Positions 43,287 to 53,681 of a DNA stretch of 64,000 bases are shown piece after piece. Position 1 is the stretch's first letter, and each line of letters begins with the position of its first letter. The translations under genes were made by a program, and so were the position numbers. The DNA lies in the NCBI GenBank assembly GCA_963738685.1, contig CAVTXK010000002.1:1204809-1268808 (forward strand), in the 5' to 3' direction. The notes below the pieces were generated by a model that saw only the letters and a program-made list of their open reading frames with translations, searched no databases and was not told the DNA's origin. This DNA comes from an uncultured Chloroflexia bacterium (GTDB lineage Bacteria; Chloroflexota; Limnocylindria; Limnocylindrales; CSP1-4).

Positions 43287-43402
43287 CGGTGTTCGTCCTC
43301 ATGCTTCGCTTCCGGTAGTACGGAGTCTCGCGCCCGCGACGACCGCGGCCAACGGGGCTGGTACCAGAACCGAGTGGGGGTTGGCGCCAATCGCCGACCT
43401 GA

Positions 43403-43654
43403 TCAACGGCCCCGGGTCGCGGCCAAATCGGGCAGGGCCGTGGCCGCGCTCACGCGGTCGATCGGGACACCGGCCGTCGCGAACGCCGCCCTGACCTCGT
43501 CCGGCGACGCCGCGTCCACGTACCAGAAGCAGACCTCGTCCGGGGCCGCGACGATCGTCTCGACCACCCGCATCCCGGGCCTGGCGAGCGTCGCAGTGGC
43601 GGCCGCCGCCGCCACCGCCGTCACGCCCGGCCAGTAGCGCTCCACGAGGAAGGT
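43403..43654 (-). CDS. hypothetical small protein (FLVERYW...MRVVETIVAAPDEVCFWYVDAASPDEVRAAF; DUF4242-like guess)
   Basis: In ORF 43403..44029, downstream of the P-loop fragment. The start is uncertain. Confidence 0.3.
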   Translation of the reverse strand, partial: TFLVERYWPGVTAVAAAAATATLARPGMRVVETIVAAPDEVCFWYVDAASPDEVRAAFATAGVPIDRVSAATALPDLAATRGR

Positions 43655-43881
43655 CGCCACGGGACGGTCAGCTGCCCGCGGCCGCGACGACGCCCTCGAT
43701 CGTCTCGATGACGGTCGCCGGCTGGTCGACCTGGATCTCGTGGTTGCTGTCGGGGACTTCGCCCACAGGACGGTCTTGCCGATGCCCGCCTCCCCGGCGA
43801 GGACGAGCCCGCGGGGGCCATCGGGGAACCTGTCGATGACCTCGCCGATGACCGCCAGTTCGTCGCTCCGTCCGAGGACAC
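43655..43881 (-). pseudogene. remnant of a P-loop NTPase / LuxR-family-ATPase N-terminus (MTLDRVLGRSDELAVIGEVIDRFPDGPRGLVLAGEAGIGKTVLW), truncated and frameshifted
   Basis: Walker A GEAGIGKT, followed within about 15 codons by a frame change and stop. Good start context (ATG). Confidence 0.35.
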
Positions 43882-44009
43882 GATCGAGCGTCATGACGCG
43901 CAGTCTAGGCACGTCGCGTTCGTGCTCAGATGATGCGCGCCGCGTCATCGCAAGGGCGTCGTGGGCCGCGTTGGCGCGGCTGTGCCTCGATGCGCGGCAC
44001 CCTTCTCCC

Positions 44010-44742
44010 GTGGCGCTCCTTGTCGGCACGTCCGGATTCGACTATCGGGACTGGCGCGGGCCGTTCTATCCGCGGTTCCTGAAGTCGGGCGATCGACTGG
44101 CGTTCTATGCCGAGCACTTCGACACGGTCGAGTTGAACGTCACGTTCTACCGGATGCCGAAGGCCGATGCGTTCCGCGGGTGGCGCGACGCGGTGCCCGG
44201 ATGGGTTCCGGTTCGCGGTCAAGGCGAGTCGGTACCTGACGCACGTTCGGCGGCTCGAGGATCCGCGGGCGCCCGTCGAGTTCCTGATGGAGCGCGCGAG
44301 CGAGCTGGGCGATCGACTCGGGGCGGTGCTGTTGCAGTTGCCACCGAGCCTCGAGATCGACCTGGATCGGCTGGACGCCACGCTTCGGGCGTTCCGGGGC
44401 GCCGTGCCGGTGGCGGTCGAGCCGCGGCACAAGAGTTGGTTCGTGCCGGAGTTGTGCCAGCTGCTGCGCGAGCACGGGGCGGCGTTCGTGTTGGCCGACC
44501 GGCGCGGGCCGATCACGCCGCTCTGGACGACGTCCGACTGGACGTACGTTCGGCTGCACCAGGGGAGGGCCACACCTCGGCCGTGCTACGGACCGCGGGC
44601 GCTGCGGTCGTGGGTCGATCGCGTGCCGGTCCGCGACGGGTTCGTGTTCTTCAACAACGACCATCGAGCCTGTGCGGTCCACAACGCCCGAGCCTTCGAG
44701 GCGATGTTGGAACGCCGGGCGCGGGTGGCCCCGGACGACTAG
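44010..44742 (+). pseudogene. DUF72 family protein; 1-nt insertion near 44200
   Basis: LLVGTSGFDYRDWRGPFYP...FYRMP in ORF 43740..44813. DGFRFAVKASRYLTH...VLLQLPPS...FNNDHRACAVHNA in ORF 44167..44742. Confidence 0.65.
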
Positions 44743-44906
44743 GGGTACGTTCGAGGCCACCACGCATCCGGAGGCACGCACGCCCGCCTCGGCATCTTTG
44801 TCCTGCCTCTTGACAAAGGGCCACCCGCGGCTACGATGCGCTTTGTCAACTCGATGGACGAAGTGGCGCGGCCGCCGTCGAGACACGAGGAGGGGCACCG
44901 AACCAG

Positions 44907-46080
44907 GTGGCACGCACCGAGTTCCCGGCCAAGGCGACGCACGCGCAGACGCGTGCCCACAACGCCGCCCTCGTCCTGCGCGCCCTCTACGACCTCGGCC
45001 CGATCAGCCGCGCCGACATCGCGCGCCTCACGGGCCTCACGAGAACGAGCGTCGGCGAGCTCGTCGCGGACCTGGAGCAGGACGGCCTCGCCACCGACGT
45101 CGGCCGGGGCCCCAGCACCGGCGGCAAGCAACCCACCCTCGTGGCGCTCAGGGACGACGCCCGGACCGTCATCACCCTCGACCTCGGCGAGCGCACCTTC
45201 ACCGCGGCCCTCGCCAACCTCCGCGGCGAGCTCACGACCCGCCGCCACCGCGACCTCGATGGCGCCGACGGCGACGCCGCGATCCAGCTCGTCCACGACC
45301 TCATCGACGACGTCCGCGCCGAGGCCACGAGCCCGATCCTCGGCATCGGGGTCGGCACGCCGGGCATCGTCGACCAGGACGGCACGATCCGCTGGGCCGT
45401 CAACCTCGACTGGCAGGACCTGCCACTGGCCGCGATCCTCCAGGAGCGTCACCGCCTCCCGACGGTCGTCGCCAACGACAGCCGCGCCGCCGCCCTCGCC
45501 ACGTACCTCTTCCACGGCGACGACCGACCGCCCAACCTCGTCGTCGTCCGGGTCGGTCGCGGCATCGGCGCCGGGCCTGATCCTGCGCGACCAGCTGTTC
45601 GGTGGCGACGGCGAGGGGGCCGGCGAGATCGGCCACGTGGTCGTGGAGCCCGACGGCGCCGCCTGCCACTGCGGCCGGTTCGGTTGCCTCGAGACCGTGG
45701 CGAGTGCCCCGGCCATCGTCGCCGCGGCCCACGCGGCCGGCCTCACGAACGCCCATACCATCCAGGACGTCGCCGACGCCGCCGACCGCGGCGATGAACG
45801 GGCGATCGCCACGGCCCGCGCCGCCGGCCGGGCCGTCGGGGCGGCCATCGCCAACGTCATCGGCACGCTCGACGTCCGCCACATCACGGTCCTCGGCACG
45901 GTCGCGGCCCTCGGCGAGCCGTGGTTCGCGGCCATCCGCGACGAGGTCGGCCGCCGAAGTCTCGGGCCGCTCGCCCGCGAGACCCGCATCATCGATGGCG
46001 GCACCGGCGATGACGTCACGCTCCTGGGCGCCTGCGCCCTGCTGCTCACCCGTGAGCTCGGCCTGACGGTGCATCGATGA
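44907..46080 (+). pseudogene. ROK family transcriptional regulator (NagC/XylR-like); frameshift near 45570
   Basis: HTH (ISRADIARLTGLTRTSVGELVADL) plus ROK domain in ORF 44907..45797. The C-terminal half, including the Zn motif HCGRFGCLE, is in ORF 44836..46080. Confidence 0.7.
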
Positions 46081-47106
46081 ACGGACCCGGGCTCGTCGCC
46101 GGCATCGACATCGGTGGCACGAAGATCGCGACGCTCGTGGTCGATGCCGAGGGCACGGTCCGCGGCCGCGCCACCCACGCCTCCACGGTCGCGGACCAGG
46201 ACGGCGCCGCGGCGGCCATCGCGGCCTGCCTCGACGAGGCCCTTGCCGCGGCCGACCTCGACCGCACCGACCTCGTCGCGATCGGTGTCGGCGTCCCGGG
46301 CCGCGTCGACACGGAACGGGGTCATGTCACGCTCGCGGTGAACCTCGGCTGGACCGATTTCGCGCTGCGCGACACGCTGGAAGCGGCTATCGGTCGCCCG
46401 GTCGTCATCGAGAACGACGCCCGTGCCGCCGCCATCGGCCTCCACGCCCGCGGCATCGCCGGCGGCCGCGACGACATCGCCTACCTCGCGGTCGGGACCG
46501 GGATCGCGGCCGGCGTCATCCTCGACGGCCGCCTCCATCGCGGGGCACGGGGTCTCGCCGGCGAGATCGGCCATGCGATCGTCGACCCCGACGGTCCCGC
46601 GCTGCGGCTGCGGCCAGCACGGCTGCCTCGAGGCCTTCGCCTCCGGCCCGTCCATCGCCCGCCGCGCCGCTGAGCGCGGTTCTGACGCACGGTCCGCCAT
46701 CGAGGTTTACGCCTCGGCCGGCGCCGGCGACCCCATCGCGAGCGAACTGACCGATGATGTCGGCCGTCGTCTCGCCTGGGCCATCCATCTGCTGGTCATG
46801 ACGTACGACGTCGAGTGCGTGGTCGTCGGTGGTGGCGTGAGCCACGCCGGCGCGCCGTTCGAGCGTCCGCTGCGTCGCGAGCTCGAGCGCATGCGCTCGG
46901 CCTCGGACCTGGCCGGCGAACTGTTGCCGGCCGACATCGTCGAGGTCCTGCCACCGCATGCCGAGGCCGGCGCGTGGGGCGCCGTCGCTGTGGCGAGGAC
47001 CGCCGTCGAGGGGCAGGACGCGGCCACCGTGCCGACTGCCGAGCCGCAGACCGCGGTCGCACCCGGCGCGACCGCCAGGGGAACGGAGGTGGTCCGCCAC
47101 GCCTGA
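46077..47106 (+). pseudogene. ROK family sugar kinase (GlcNAc/glucokinase-like); frameshift near 46600
   Basis: GIDIGGTKIA N-terminus in ORF 46077..46673. CGCGQHGCLEAF Zn motif and the C-terminus are in ORF 46423..47106. Confidence 0.7.
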
Positions 47107-47169
47107 CCGACCCCGCGCACCTGCCAACGCGACCACCCACACCACGCATGAGAGGAGCACTGAGGAGGA

Positions 47170-48576
47170 GTGATGCACACCAAGCGAACCCTGGGCCTGG
47201 CGATGGCGGCGATCATCGCCGTCGCGGCCTGCACCGGCACGACCCCGTCGGCGAGCGCGCCGGCTTCCCAGGCGGCCGCCACACCGGCGCCCGCTTCCAC
47301 CGAGCCGAGCGCTTCGGCCCCGGCCGAGTCCGCCGCCCCGAGCCCGCTCGCCGTCGATCCGGCCGAGGCGGTCATCACCGGCGTCGAGGCGAACGCCGAG
47401 ATCGGTCTCTGGACCTACTTCCTGTCACCGACCTTCGACCAGTACATCAAGGACACGATCACCCGCTTCGAGGGGACGTATCCAGGCGTCAAGGTCAACT
47501 GGGAGGACCACCAGGGCACGTTCCAGGAAGACCTCAACAACGCCTTCGCGGCCGGCAATGCCCCGGACGTGATCAACCTGTCCGTCGGTGAGGGCTGGGT
47601 CTCCGACTACGCCAGCAAGGACCTGCTCCTCGAGCTGGACTCGAGAGTTCCCCCGGCCGTCCAGGACATCTACTTCGAGGGCCTCTGGAAGTCCCAGCTG
47701 GTCGACGGCAAGAACTTCCAGTTCCCGTGGTACCAGGGCATCTCGGTCGAGCTCATCAACAAGCGCATCTACGAGGAGGGCGCCGGCCTCTCGGTCGCCG
47801 ACTTCCCCAAGACCATCGACGGCCTGCCGGCCATCTGCCAGACGATCAAGGACAAGACCGGCGCCCTGTGCGACCTGCGCCTCACGGTCAACGACCTGCT
47901 CGCGCAGATGACCTACGAGGGCGACGTCAAGATCCTCAACGACGATTCCAGTGCCTTCACCTTCGACTCCGCCGAGGGCGTGGCCTGGCTCCAGATGTAT
48001 GTCGATATGGTCAAGGCCGGCACCGTCGACACGGCTGCGTTGACCACCGCTGAAGACCGCGTCGGCCTGCTGATCTTCTCGGCCGGGCAGGCGCCGTTCT
48101 ACCAGACCGGCCCGAACCTCATCCGGGAAGTCAAGTCGAACAATGCCGCGCTGTACGAGGACCTCGCCGTCGTGCCGGCACCCGTCGGCAAGTCCGGTGT
48201 CCTCGGCAAGGGCCTGATGGGCATGTCCGTCAAGGCCGACACCCAGTTCCCGAACGCGTCCATCGCGCTCGCGCAGTTCTTCACGAACCCGCGGAGCATG
48301 GTCGAGTTCTCCAAGCAGGTTCCGATCTACCCGTCGTCCGCGGCGGCGTATGACGACCCGTTCTTCAGCTCGACGCCCGAGCTCATCGAGGACAGCGCTC
48401 GACCGATCGCGAAGGACATCGTCAGCACGTACGCTGACATCGTTCCGACGGTCCCCAAGAAGGCCGACGTCAACGCGATCGTGCTCGATCACATCGAGAA
48501 GGCGCTCTTCGCCGATGTCCCGGCACAACAGGCGTTGACCGACGCGGTCACGGAAGCCAACAAGCTGCTTCCGTAG
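47170..48576 (+). CDS. ABC transporter substrate-binding lipoprotein (carbohydrate, family 1)
   Basis: Lipobox AVAACTG. 468 aa, intact. Confidence 0.85.
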   Translation: MMHTKRTLGLAMAAIIAVAACTGTTPSASAPASQAAATPAPASTEPSASAPAESAAPSPLAVDPAEAVITGVEANAEIGLWTYFLSPTFDQYIKDTITRFEGTYPGVKVNWEDHQGTFQEDLNNAFAAGNAPDVINLSVGEGWVSDYASKDLLLELDSRVPPAVQDIYFEGLWKSQLVDGKNFQFPWYQGISVELINKRIYEEGAGLSVADFPKTIDGLPAICQTIKDKTGALCDLRLTVNDLLAQMTYEGDVKILNDDSSAFTFDSAEGVAWLQMYVDMVKAGTVDTAALTTAEDRVGLLIFSAGQAPFYQTGPNLIREVKSNNAALYEDLAVVPAPVGKSGVLGKGLMGMSVKADTQFPNASIALAQFFTNPRSMVEFSKQVPIYPSSAAAYDDPFFSSTPELIEDSARPIAKDIVSTYADIVPTVPKKADVNAIVLDHIEKALFADVPAQQALTDAVTEANKLLP

Positions 48577-48661
48577 CCATTCGCTCGACGTTCATCCGGC
48601 CCGCCTCTCGCCCCCAGGAGAGGCGGGCCAACTCCCTCGCAGCGGAGCACCGGACCCGCCG

Positions 48662-49540
48662 ATGACCCGGAAACGCAGCGCCACCCCGTACCTGTTCCTC
48701 TTGCCGGCCCTGGTGCTGCTCGGCGTATTCGTCGTGTACCCGATCTTCGCGGTCATCTATTACAGCTTCACCGACTACGACATCGTCCGGCCACCGGTCT
48801 TCACCGGCCTCGACAACTACCAGCGCCTGATCGAGGACGAGACGTTCTGGCTGGCGCTGACCCACTCGCTCGTCTACCTGCTCGTGACGCCGATCCTGAT
48901 CGTGTTCTCGATCGGACTCGCGATCGTCGTCAACCGGAAGCTGCGCGGGATCCACATGTACCGCGCCCTGTACTTCGTGCCGGCGGTCAGCGGCAGCATC
49001 GCCATCGGGCTGTCGTGGCGCTGGTTGTTCGATCGGACCGGGTTCATCAACGGCATGCTCCAGTCGTGGGGCGTCATCGACGAGCCGATCCAGTGGCTCA
49101 CGACGCCATCGCTCGTGCTGCCGATCGCGATGCTGCTGACGATCTGGGCGGGCATCGGCTACTACGCCGTCATCTTCCTGGCCGGCCTGCAGAACGTGAA
49201 CGAGGAGCTGTACGACGCGGCCCGCATCGATGGCGCCACCGACTTCCAGAAGCATCGCTACGTGAGCATCCCGGCGCTCCGCCCGCAGATCGTGTTCGTG
49301 GCCGTCATCTCGAGCCTCGCCGCGCTCAAGGTGTTCGATGAGATCTACGTCCTGACGAACCGGACCGGCGGCATCCTCGACAGCGGCGTCACGATGGTCT
49401 TCTACCTCTGGCAACAGGCGTTCCAGCGGAGCAACGCAGGGTACGCCTCGGCCATCGCGATCGCGCTGCTGGCCGTGACGCTGGTCTTCTCGATCGTCAA
49501 CGTCCGGCTGCTCGAGCGTGGGGGCCAGGGCGAGGGATGA
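48662..49540 (+). CDS. carbohydrate ABC transporter permease (MalF/UgpA-like)
   Basis: EAA-loop region DAARIDGATDFQKHRYVSIPALRP. Six TM helices. Confidence 0.85.
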   Translation: MTRKRSATPYLFLLPALVLLGVFVVYPIFAVIYYSFTDYDIVRPPVFTGLDNYQRLIEDETFWLALTHSLVYLLVTPILIVFSIGLAIVVNRKLRGIHMYRALYFVPAVSGSIAIGLSWRWLFDRTGFINGMLQSWGVIDEPIQWLTTPSLVLPIAMLLTIWAGIGYYAVIFLAGLQNVNEELYDAARIDGATDFQKHRYVSIPALRPQIVFVAVISSLAALKVFDEIYVLTNRTGGILDSGVTMVFYLWQQAFQRSNAGYASAIAIALLAVTLVFSIVNVRLLERGGQGEG

Positions 49541-50439
49541 GCGACCTGCCGATGTCCGCCCGTCTGGCCAGCGACCCGCGTGCCGGCGAGACCGCTCGTC
49601 GCCGGTCGAGGCGTCGGTCGCGCTGGGTCCGCGACGGCGGTTGGTATGTCGTCCTGACCGCGTTCGCGGTCGTCACGGTGTTCCCGTTCGTGTGGATGCT
49701 GCTGACCTCGATCAAGGGTCCGGCCGACGTCATCACCTCGGTCCCGCCGCAGTTCCTGCCGAACGACCCGACGCTCGCGAGCTACGTCAAGGTCTGGGAC
49801 ACGCTGCCCATCGCGAGCTTCTTCCTGAACAGCGCGACGGTCGCGGTGGCGACCGGTCTGCTGAGCATGTTCGTCGCCGCGCTGGCCGCGTATCCCCTGG
49901 CGAAGATGCGGTTCATCGGTCGCGAGGCGATCTTCTACGCGCTGCTCGCAACGTTGATCGTGCCGGCGCAGCTGACGTACATCCCGAGCTTCATCCTGGC
50001 GGTCAACGTGTTCGGCTACTACGACTCGCTGCCGGCGCTGATCTTCCCGAACATCGTGAGCGCGTTCAACATCTTCCTGCTGCGCCAGGCGTTCCGGGCG
50101 GTGCCCAACGACCTGATCGACGCGGCCCGGGTCGATGGGGCGGGGGAGTGGCGGATCTGGTGGTCGATCCTGTTGCCGATCGTCCGGCCGTCGCTGGCCG
50201 CGGTGGCGATCTTCACGTTCGTCACGTCGTGGAACGACTTCCTGTGGCCGTCGCTGATGCTCCACACGCCGGAGGGCATGACGCTGCCGGTCGGGCTCGC
50301 GGCGTTGCAGGGCTTCTTCGCGTCCGACTTCCGGGCCATCGCCGCCGGCGTGACGATCACGGTCATCCCGATCCTGCTGTTCTTCATCGTCGTGCAGCGC
50401 TACTTCGTGCGCGGGCTGGCGGGGGCCGTCAAGGGGTGA
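49537..50439 (+). CDS. carbohydrate ABC transporter permease (MalG/UgpE-like)
   Basis: DAARVDGAGEWRIWWSILLPIVRPSL. ATGA overlap with the upstream permease. Confidence 0.85.
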   Translation: MSDLPMSARLASDPRAGETARRRSRRRSRWVRDGGWYVVLTAFAVVTVFPFVWMLLTSIKGPADVITSVPPQFLPNDPTLASYVKVWDTLPIASFFLNSATVAVATGLLSMFVAALAAYPLAKMRFIGREAIFYALLATLIVPAQLTYIPSFILAVNVFGYYDSLPALIFPNIVSAFNIFLLRQAFRAVPNDLIDAARVDGAGEWRIWWSILLPIVRPSLAAVAIFTFVTSWNDFLWPSLMLHTPEGMTLPVGLAALQGFFASDFRAIAAGVTITVIPILLFFIVVQRYFVRGLAGAVKG

Positions 50440-50460
50440 GCTGGCGGGCGTCCGGGGTCA

Positions 50461-50523
50461 CGCTGTGTGGCATCGCGGTGCGTGGCGCCGCGGTGCGTGG
50501 CGCCGCGGTGTGTGGCGCCGCGG
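50461..50523 (+). repeat. four tandem copies of a 15-bp unit (GGTGCGTGGCGCCGC and variants) immediately upstream of the GH3 gene
   Basis: Read directly: gcTGTGTGGCatcgc GGTGCGTGGCGCCGC GGTGCGTGGCGCCGC GGTGTGTGGCGCCGC. Confidence 0.5.
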
Positions 50524-50572
50524 CCCGGGGCTCGCGACCGTGAATCGTGGCGAGGCGATCCTCGGGCGGGTC

Positions 50573-52195
50573 ATGCTCGCGTTCGAGGGCGAGGAGCTGC
50601 CGGCACGGATCGCCGAGCGGTTGGCCGCGGCACCGGCCGCGGGCTTGACCCTGTTCCGCTTTCACAACGTGCGATCTCCGGGGCAGGTCCTGGAACTCAC
50701 CTCTGCCTTCCAGCGCGCGGGCGCGGCGCTCCCCCACGCCGCGCCCGCGTCGTCGCCGGATGCCGCGCCCGGGTCGTCGCCGATGCTCGTCGCGGCCGAC
50801 CAGGAGGGCGGGCAGCTTCTCGCGCTGGGCGAGGGACCCACGGCGTTCGCCGGGAACATGGCGCTTGGCGCCGTCGACGATCTCGCCCTCACCGAGCGGG
50901 TCGCGCTCGCGATCGGGACCGAGGCACGGGCCATGGGCGTGAACGTCGTCTACGCCCCGGTGCTGGATATCGCGTCCGATCCGGCCAACCCGGCACTCGG
51001 CATCCGCTCGTTCGGCGACGACCCGGCGGTCGTGGCCCGGCACGGTTCGGCGATGGTCCGCGGGCTGCAAGCGGCCGGGGTGGCCGCCACGGTCAAGCAC
51101 GCTCCGGGGCTGGGGCACATCTCGACCGATACCCACCACGGGCTGGCGGTCGTCGCGGCGCCGCGTTCCGTGCTGGACGCCCGCGAGTTCGTGCCGTTCC
51201 GGGCCGCGTTCGCGGCCGGGGCACGGGTCGCGATGTCCGGGCACATGGCCGTGCCGGCCGTGACCGGGCGCGACGATCTGCCCGGGACGCTGTCACGGGC
51301 CGTCATGACCGACCTGTTGCGGCGCGATCTCGGCTTCGAGGGGGTGACGATCTCGGACGCGCTCGATATGGAGGCGCTCGCCCAGGGCCCGGCCCAGGTG
51401 CTCGATGTGGTCGCGGCCGTTCGCGCGGGCGTGGACCTCTTGCTCGCATCCGCCGACCCCGAGGCACTCGCCCGGATCGAGGACGCGCTGGTCCGGGCCG
51501 TGTCGCGCGAGTTGCTGGATCCGACCGAGATGGCCGCCACGGAACGTCGTGTGGCCGCGCTCCGCGCGTGGCTGGGAACGGCCGGGCCGGCACCGGACCT
51601 GTCGGTCGTCGGTTGTGCCGCGCACCAGGCGCTCGCCGCGGAACTGGCCGCTCGATCCATCACGCTCGTGCGTGATCCAGGCGGGCTCCTGCCGTTGCTC
51701 CGGGCCGATGCCGCTGGCCGCGACGGCTCCGGCCGTGACGGCTCCGGCCGCGACGCCGCACCGGTCCTGGCCGTCATGCCGCAACCAGCCGACCTGACCC
51801 CGGCCGATACCTCCTCGTCGGTCCGACCCGGTCTCGCGACCGCGCTGCGTCGCTACCATCCGGACGTGGACGAGATCGTCGTCGACCAGGCACCGGACGC
51901 AGCCTCGATCGCCGCCGTGCGCGACCGAGCCGCCCACGCACGAGCCGTGGTCATCGGCACGATCGACGGCCACCGCCAACCTTCCCAGCTCGACCTTGTC
52001 GAGGCCGTGGTCGCCACCGGAACTCCGGTCGTGGCCGTCGCGCTGCGCGGCCCGTGGGACGTCGCCGCCTACCCGTCGACCGCGACCGCCTTGGCCACGT
52101 ACTCGATCCTGCCTGCCTCGCTCGATGCTCTCGCGGCCGTCCTTGCCGGCGAGGCCGAACCGCTCGGCCGGCTGCCGGTCCGCGTCGGGCCGTGA
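50573..52195 (+). CDS. glycoside hydrolase family 3 (beta-N-acetylhexosaminidase, NagZ-like)
   Basis: GH3 N-terminal domain motifs (VAADQEGG, GIRSFGDDP, KHAPGLGH, ISDALDM). Contains an internal DGSGRDGSGRD tandem repeat. Confidence 0.8.
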   Translation: MLAFEGEELPARIAERLAAAPAAGLTLFRFHNVRSPGQVLELTSAFQRAGAALPHAAPASSPDAAPGSSPMLVAADQEGGQLLALGEGPTAFAGNMALGAVDDLALTERVALAIGTEARAMGVNVVYAPVLDIASDPANPALGIRSFGDDPAVVARHGSAMVRGLQAAGVAATVKHAPGLGHISTDTHHGLAVVAAPRSVLDAREFVPFRAAFAAGARVAMSGHMAVPAVTGRDDLPGTLSRAVMTDLLRRDLGFEGVTISDALDMEALAQGPAQVLDVVAAVRAGVDLLLASADPEALARIEDALVRAVSRELLDPTEMAATERRVAALRAWLGTAGPAPDLSVVGCAAHQALAAELAARSITLVRDPGGLLPLLRADAAGRDGSGRDGSGRDAAPVLAVMPQPADLTPADTSSSVRPGLATALRRYHPDVDEIVVDQAPDAASIAAVRDRAAHARAVVIGTIDGHRQPSQLDLVEAVVATGTPVVAVALRGPWDVAAYPSTATALATYSILPASLDALAAVLAGEAEPLGRLPVRVGP

Positions 52196-52532
52196 CACCG
52201 CCTGATCGCGCCGCGACTCCGAACCCGAACGCTGGCCCGACGTTGCCGGGTCAGGGAGGGCTTCCGACCGCGATCTCGATACGCGCGGCTCCCCGAACAC
52301 CGTCAGATGTATCGCCGCCGGAACGTACGGCGGCCAAAGCGAGCCGAAACGGTCCGATTCGACCGGCGGCGATGCGCCTGAGCGGCGAGCCAAGCACGAG
52401 TGGCGCACCGATCCGGGCCGCGGGCTCCACGGATCGGTGGATCCTGGGCGGATTGATCGCCGTACGTTCCGAGGGAGTGACATCTGGCGGGGTAACCGGC
52501 GCGATGGCCGACGGCACAGCCCCCGCTCACCC

Positions 52533-53570
52533 GTGACCCTGCGCGACGAGATCCTCGAACAACCCGAGGTCGCCGCCCGGTTCCTGCGCCGCGCCCCCGA
52601 GGTCGTCGGGCCGTTCGCGGAGGCCATCCGCGCGCGTGGCATCGATCATGTCGTCATCGCCGCCCGCGGCACGAGCGACCACGCGGCGATCTACGCGCAG
52701 TACGTCCTGGGCGTCCGCCACGCGCTGTCGGTCGGGCTCGGGACCCCGTCGGTCATCTCGTTGTACGGGGCGCAGCCGCGGCTCGATCGATCGCTGGTCG
52801 TCGGCATCAGCCAGTCCGGTGCCTCGCCCGACGTCGTCGCCGTCATCGAGGAAGGCCGGCGGCAGGGGGCGCCCACCCTGGCCATCACCAATGACCCGGC
52901 CTCGGCGCTCGCGACGGCCGCCGAGACCACCATCGACCTCGGGGCCGGGCCGGAACTCGCGATCGCCGCCACCAAGACGTACACCACCGAGCTCCTCGCG
53001 ATCGCCTCCCTGTCGGCCGCCATGACCGCGGACCCGGCGGATACCACAGCCCTCGACGCCATCCCGGGCGCGATGGCCGCCGCGCTCGCCCTCGAACCCG
53101 AGATCCGCTCGATGTCGACCGATCAGGCCGGCGCGACCCGCCTGCTCGTGCTCGCGCGCGGCTACGAGTACGCGACCGCGCGCGAGTGGGCGCTCAAGAT
53201 CAAGGAGCTCGCCCACGTCTTCGCCGACCCGTACTCGGCCGCTGACTTCGAGCACGGGCCGCTCGCCCTGCTGGAGCCTGGCGTTCCGGTCCTCGGGACG
53301 GTGCGTCCGGGCCCCACGTTCGCGCCGCTCGTCGATCTGTTCGGTCGGCTGCGCGCCGAGCTCGCGGCGGACCTCGCGATCGTGTCCGACCAGGACCAGG
53401 CCCTGGCCCTGGCCCGCTGGCCGCTCCGCCTCCCGGCGGGCACGCCCGAGTGGCTCGGGCCGATCGTTTCGATCGTCGTCGGGCAGCTTCACGCGCTGTA
53501 CCTCACCCGGGCGCGTGGCCTCGACCCGGAAGCGCCGCGGAACCTCAACAAGGTCACCCGCACCCGCTGA
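52533..53570 (+). CDS. SIS domain protein (NagB-II / AgaS-like sugar-phosphate isomerase-deaminase)
   Basis: Two SIS domains (AARGTSDHAA, ISQSGASPDVV). GTG start. Confidence 0.7.
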   Translation: MTLRDEILEQPEVAARFLRRAPEVVGPFAEAIRARGIDHVVIAARGTSDHAAIYAQYVLGVRHALSVGLGTPSVISLYGAQPRLDRSLVVGISQSGASPDVVAVIEEGRRQGAPTLAITNDPASALATAAETTIDLGAGPELAIAATKTYTTELLAIASLSAAMTADPADTTALDAIPGAMAAALALEPEIRSMSTDQAGATRLLVLARGYEYATAREWALKIKELAHVFADPYSAADFEHGPLALLEPGVPVLGTVRPGPTFAPLVDLFGRLRAELAADLAIVSDQDQALALARWPLRLPAGTPEWLGPIVSIVVGQLHALYLTRARGLDPEAPRNLNKVTRTR

Positions 53571-53681
53571 GTCGCGTCCTCGCCCATCCGATGCGCCCCC
53601 GACGACGAATCGGTCGTTGACACGCGACGCCGTAAGCGAGACGGTGTCGCGTGACGGATCGTCGGGGGTTCGAGGCCAGGC

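Noticed and set aside
44739-46700. 653-aa minus-strand ORF
   Set aside because: Antisense to the two ROK genes, low-complexity (R/G/A/D-rich), and without any recognisable motif.
52196-52532. glmS ribozyme upstream of the SIS-domain amino-sugar gene
   Set aside because: The downstream gene is a deaminase-type SIS protein rather than glmS, and glmS ribozymes are essentially absent from high-GC actinobacteria. I kept it only as a generic ncRNA candidate.
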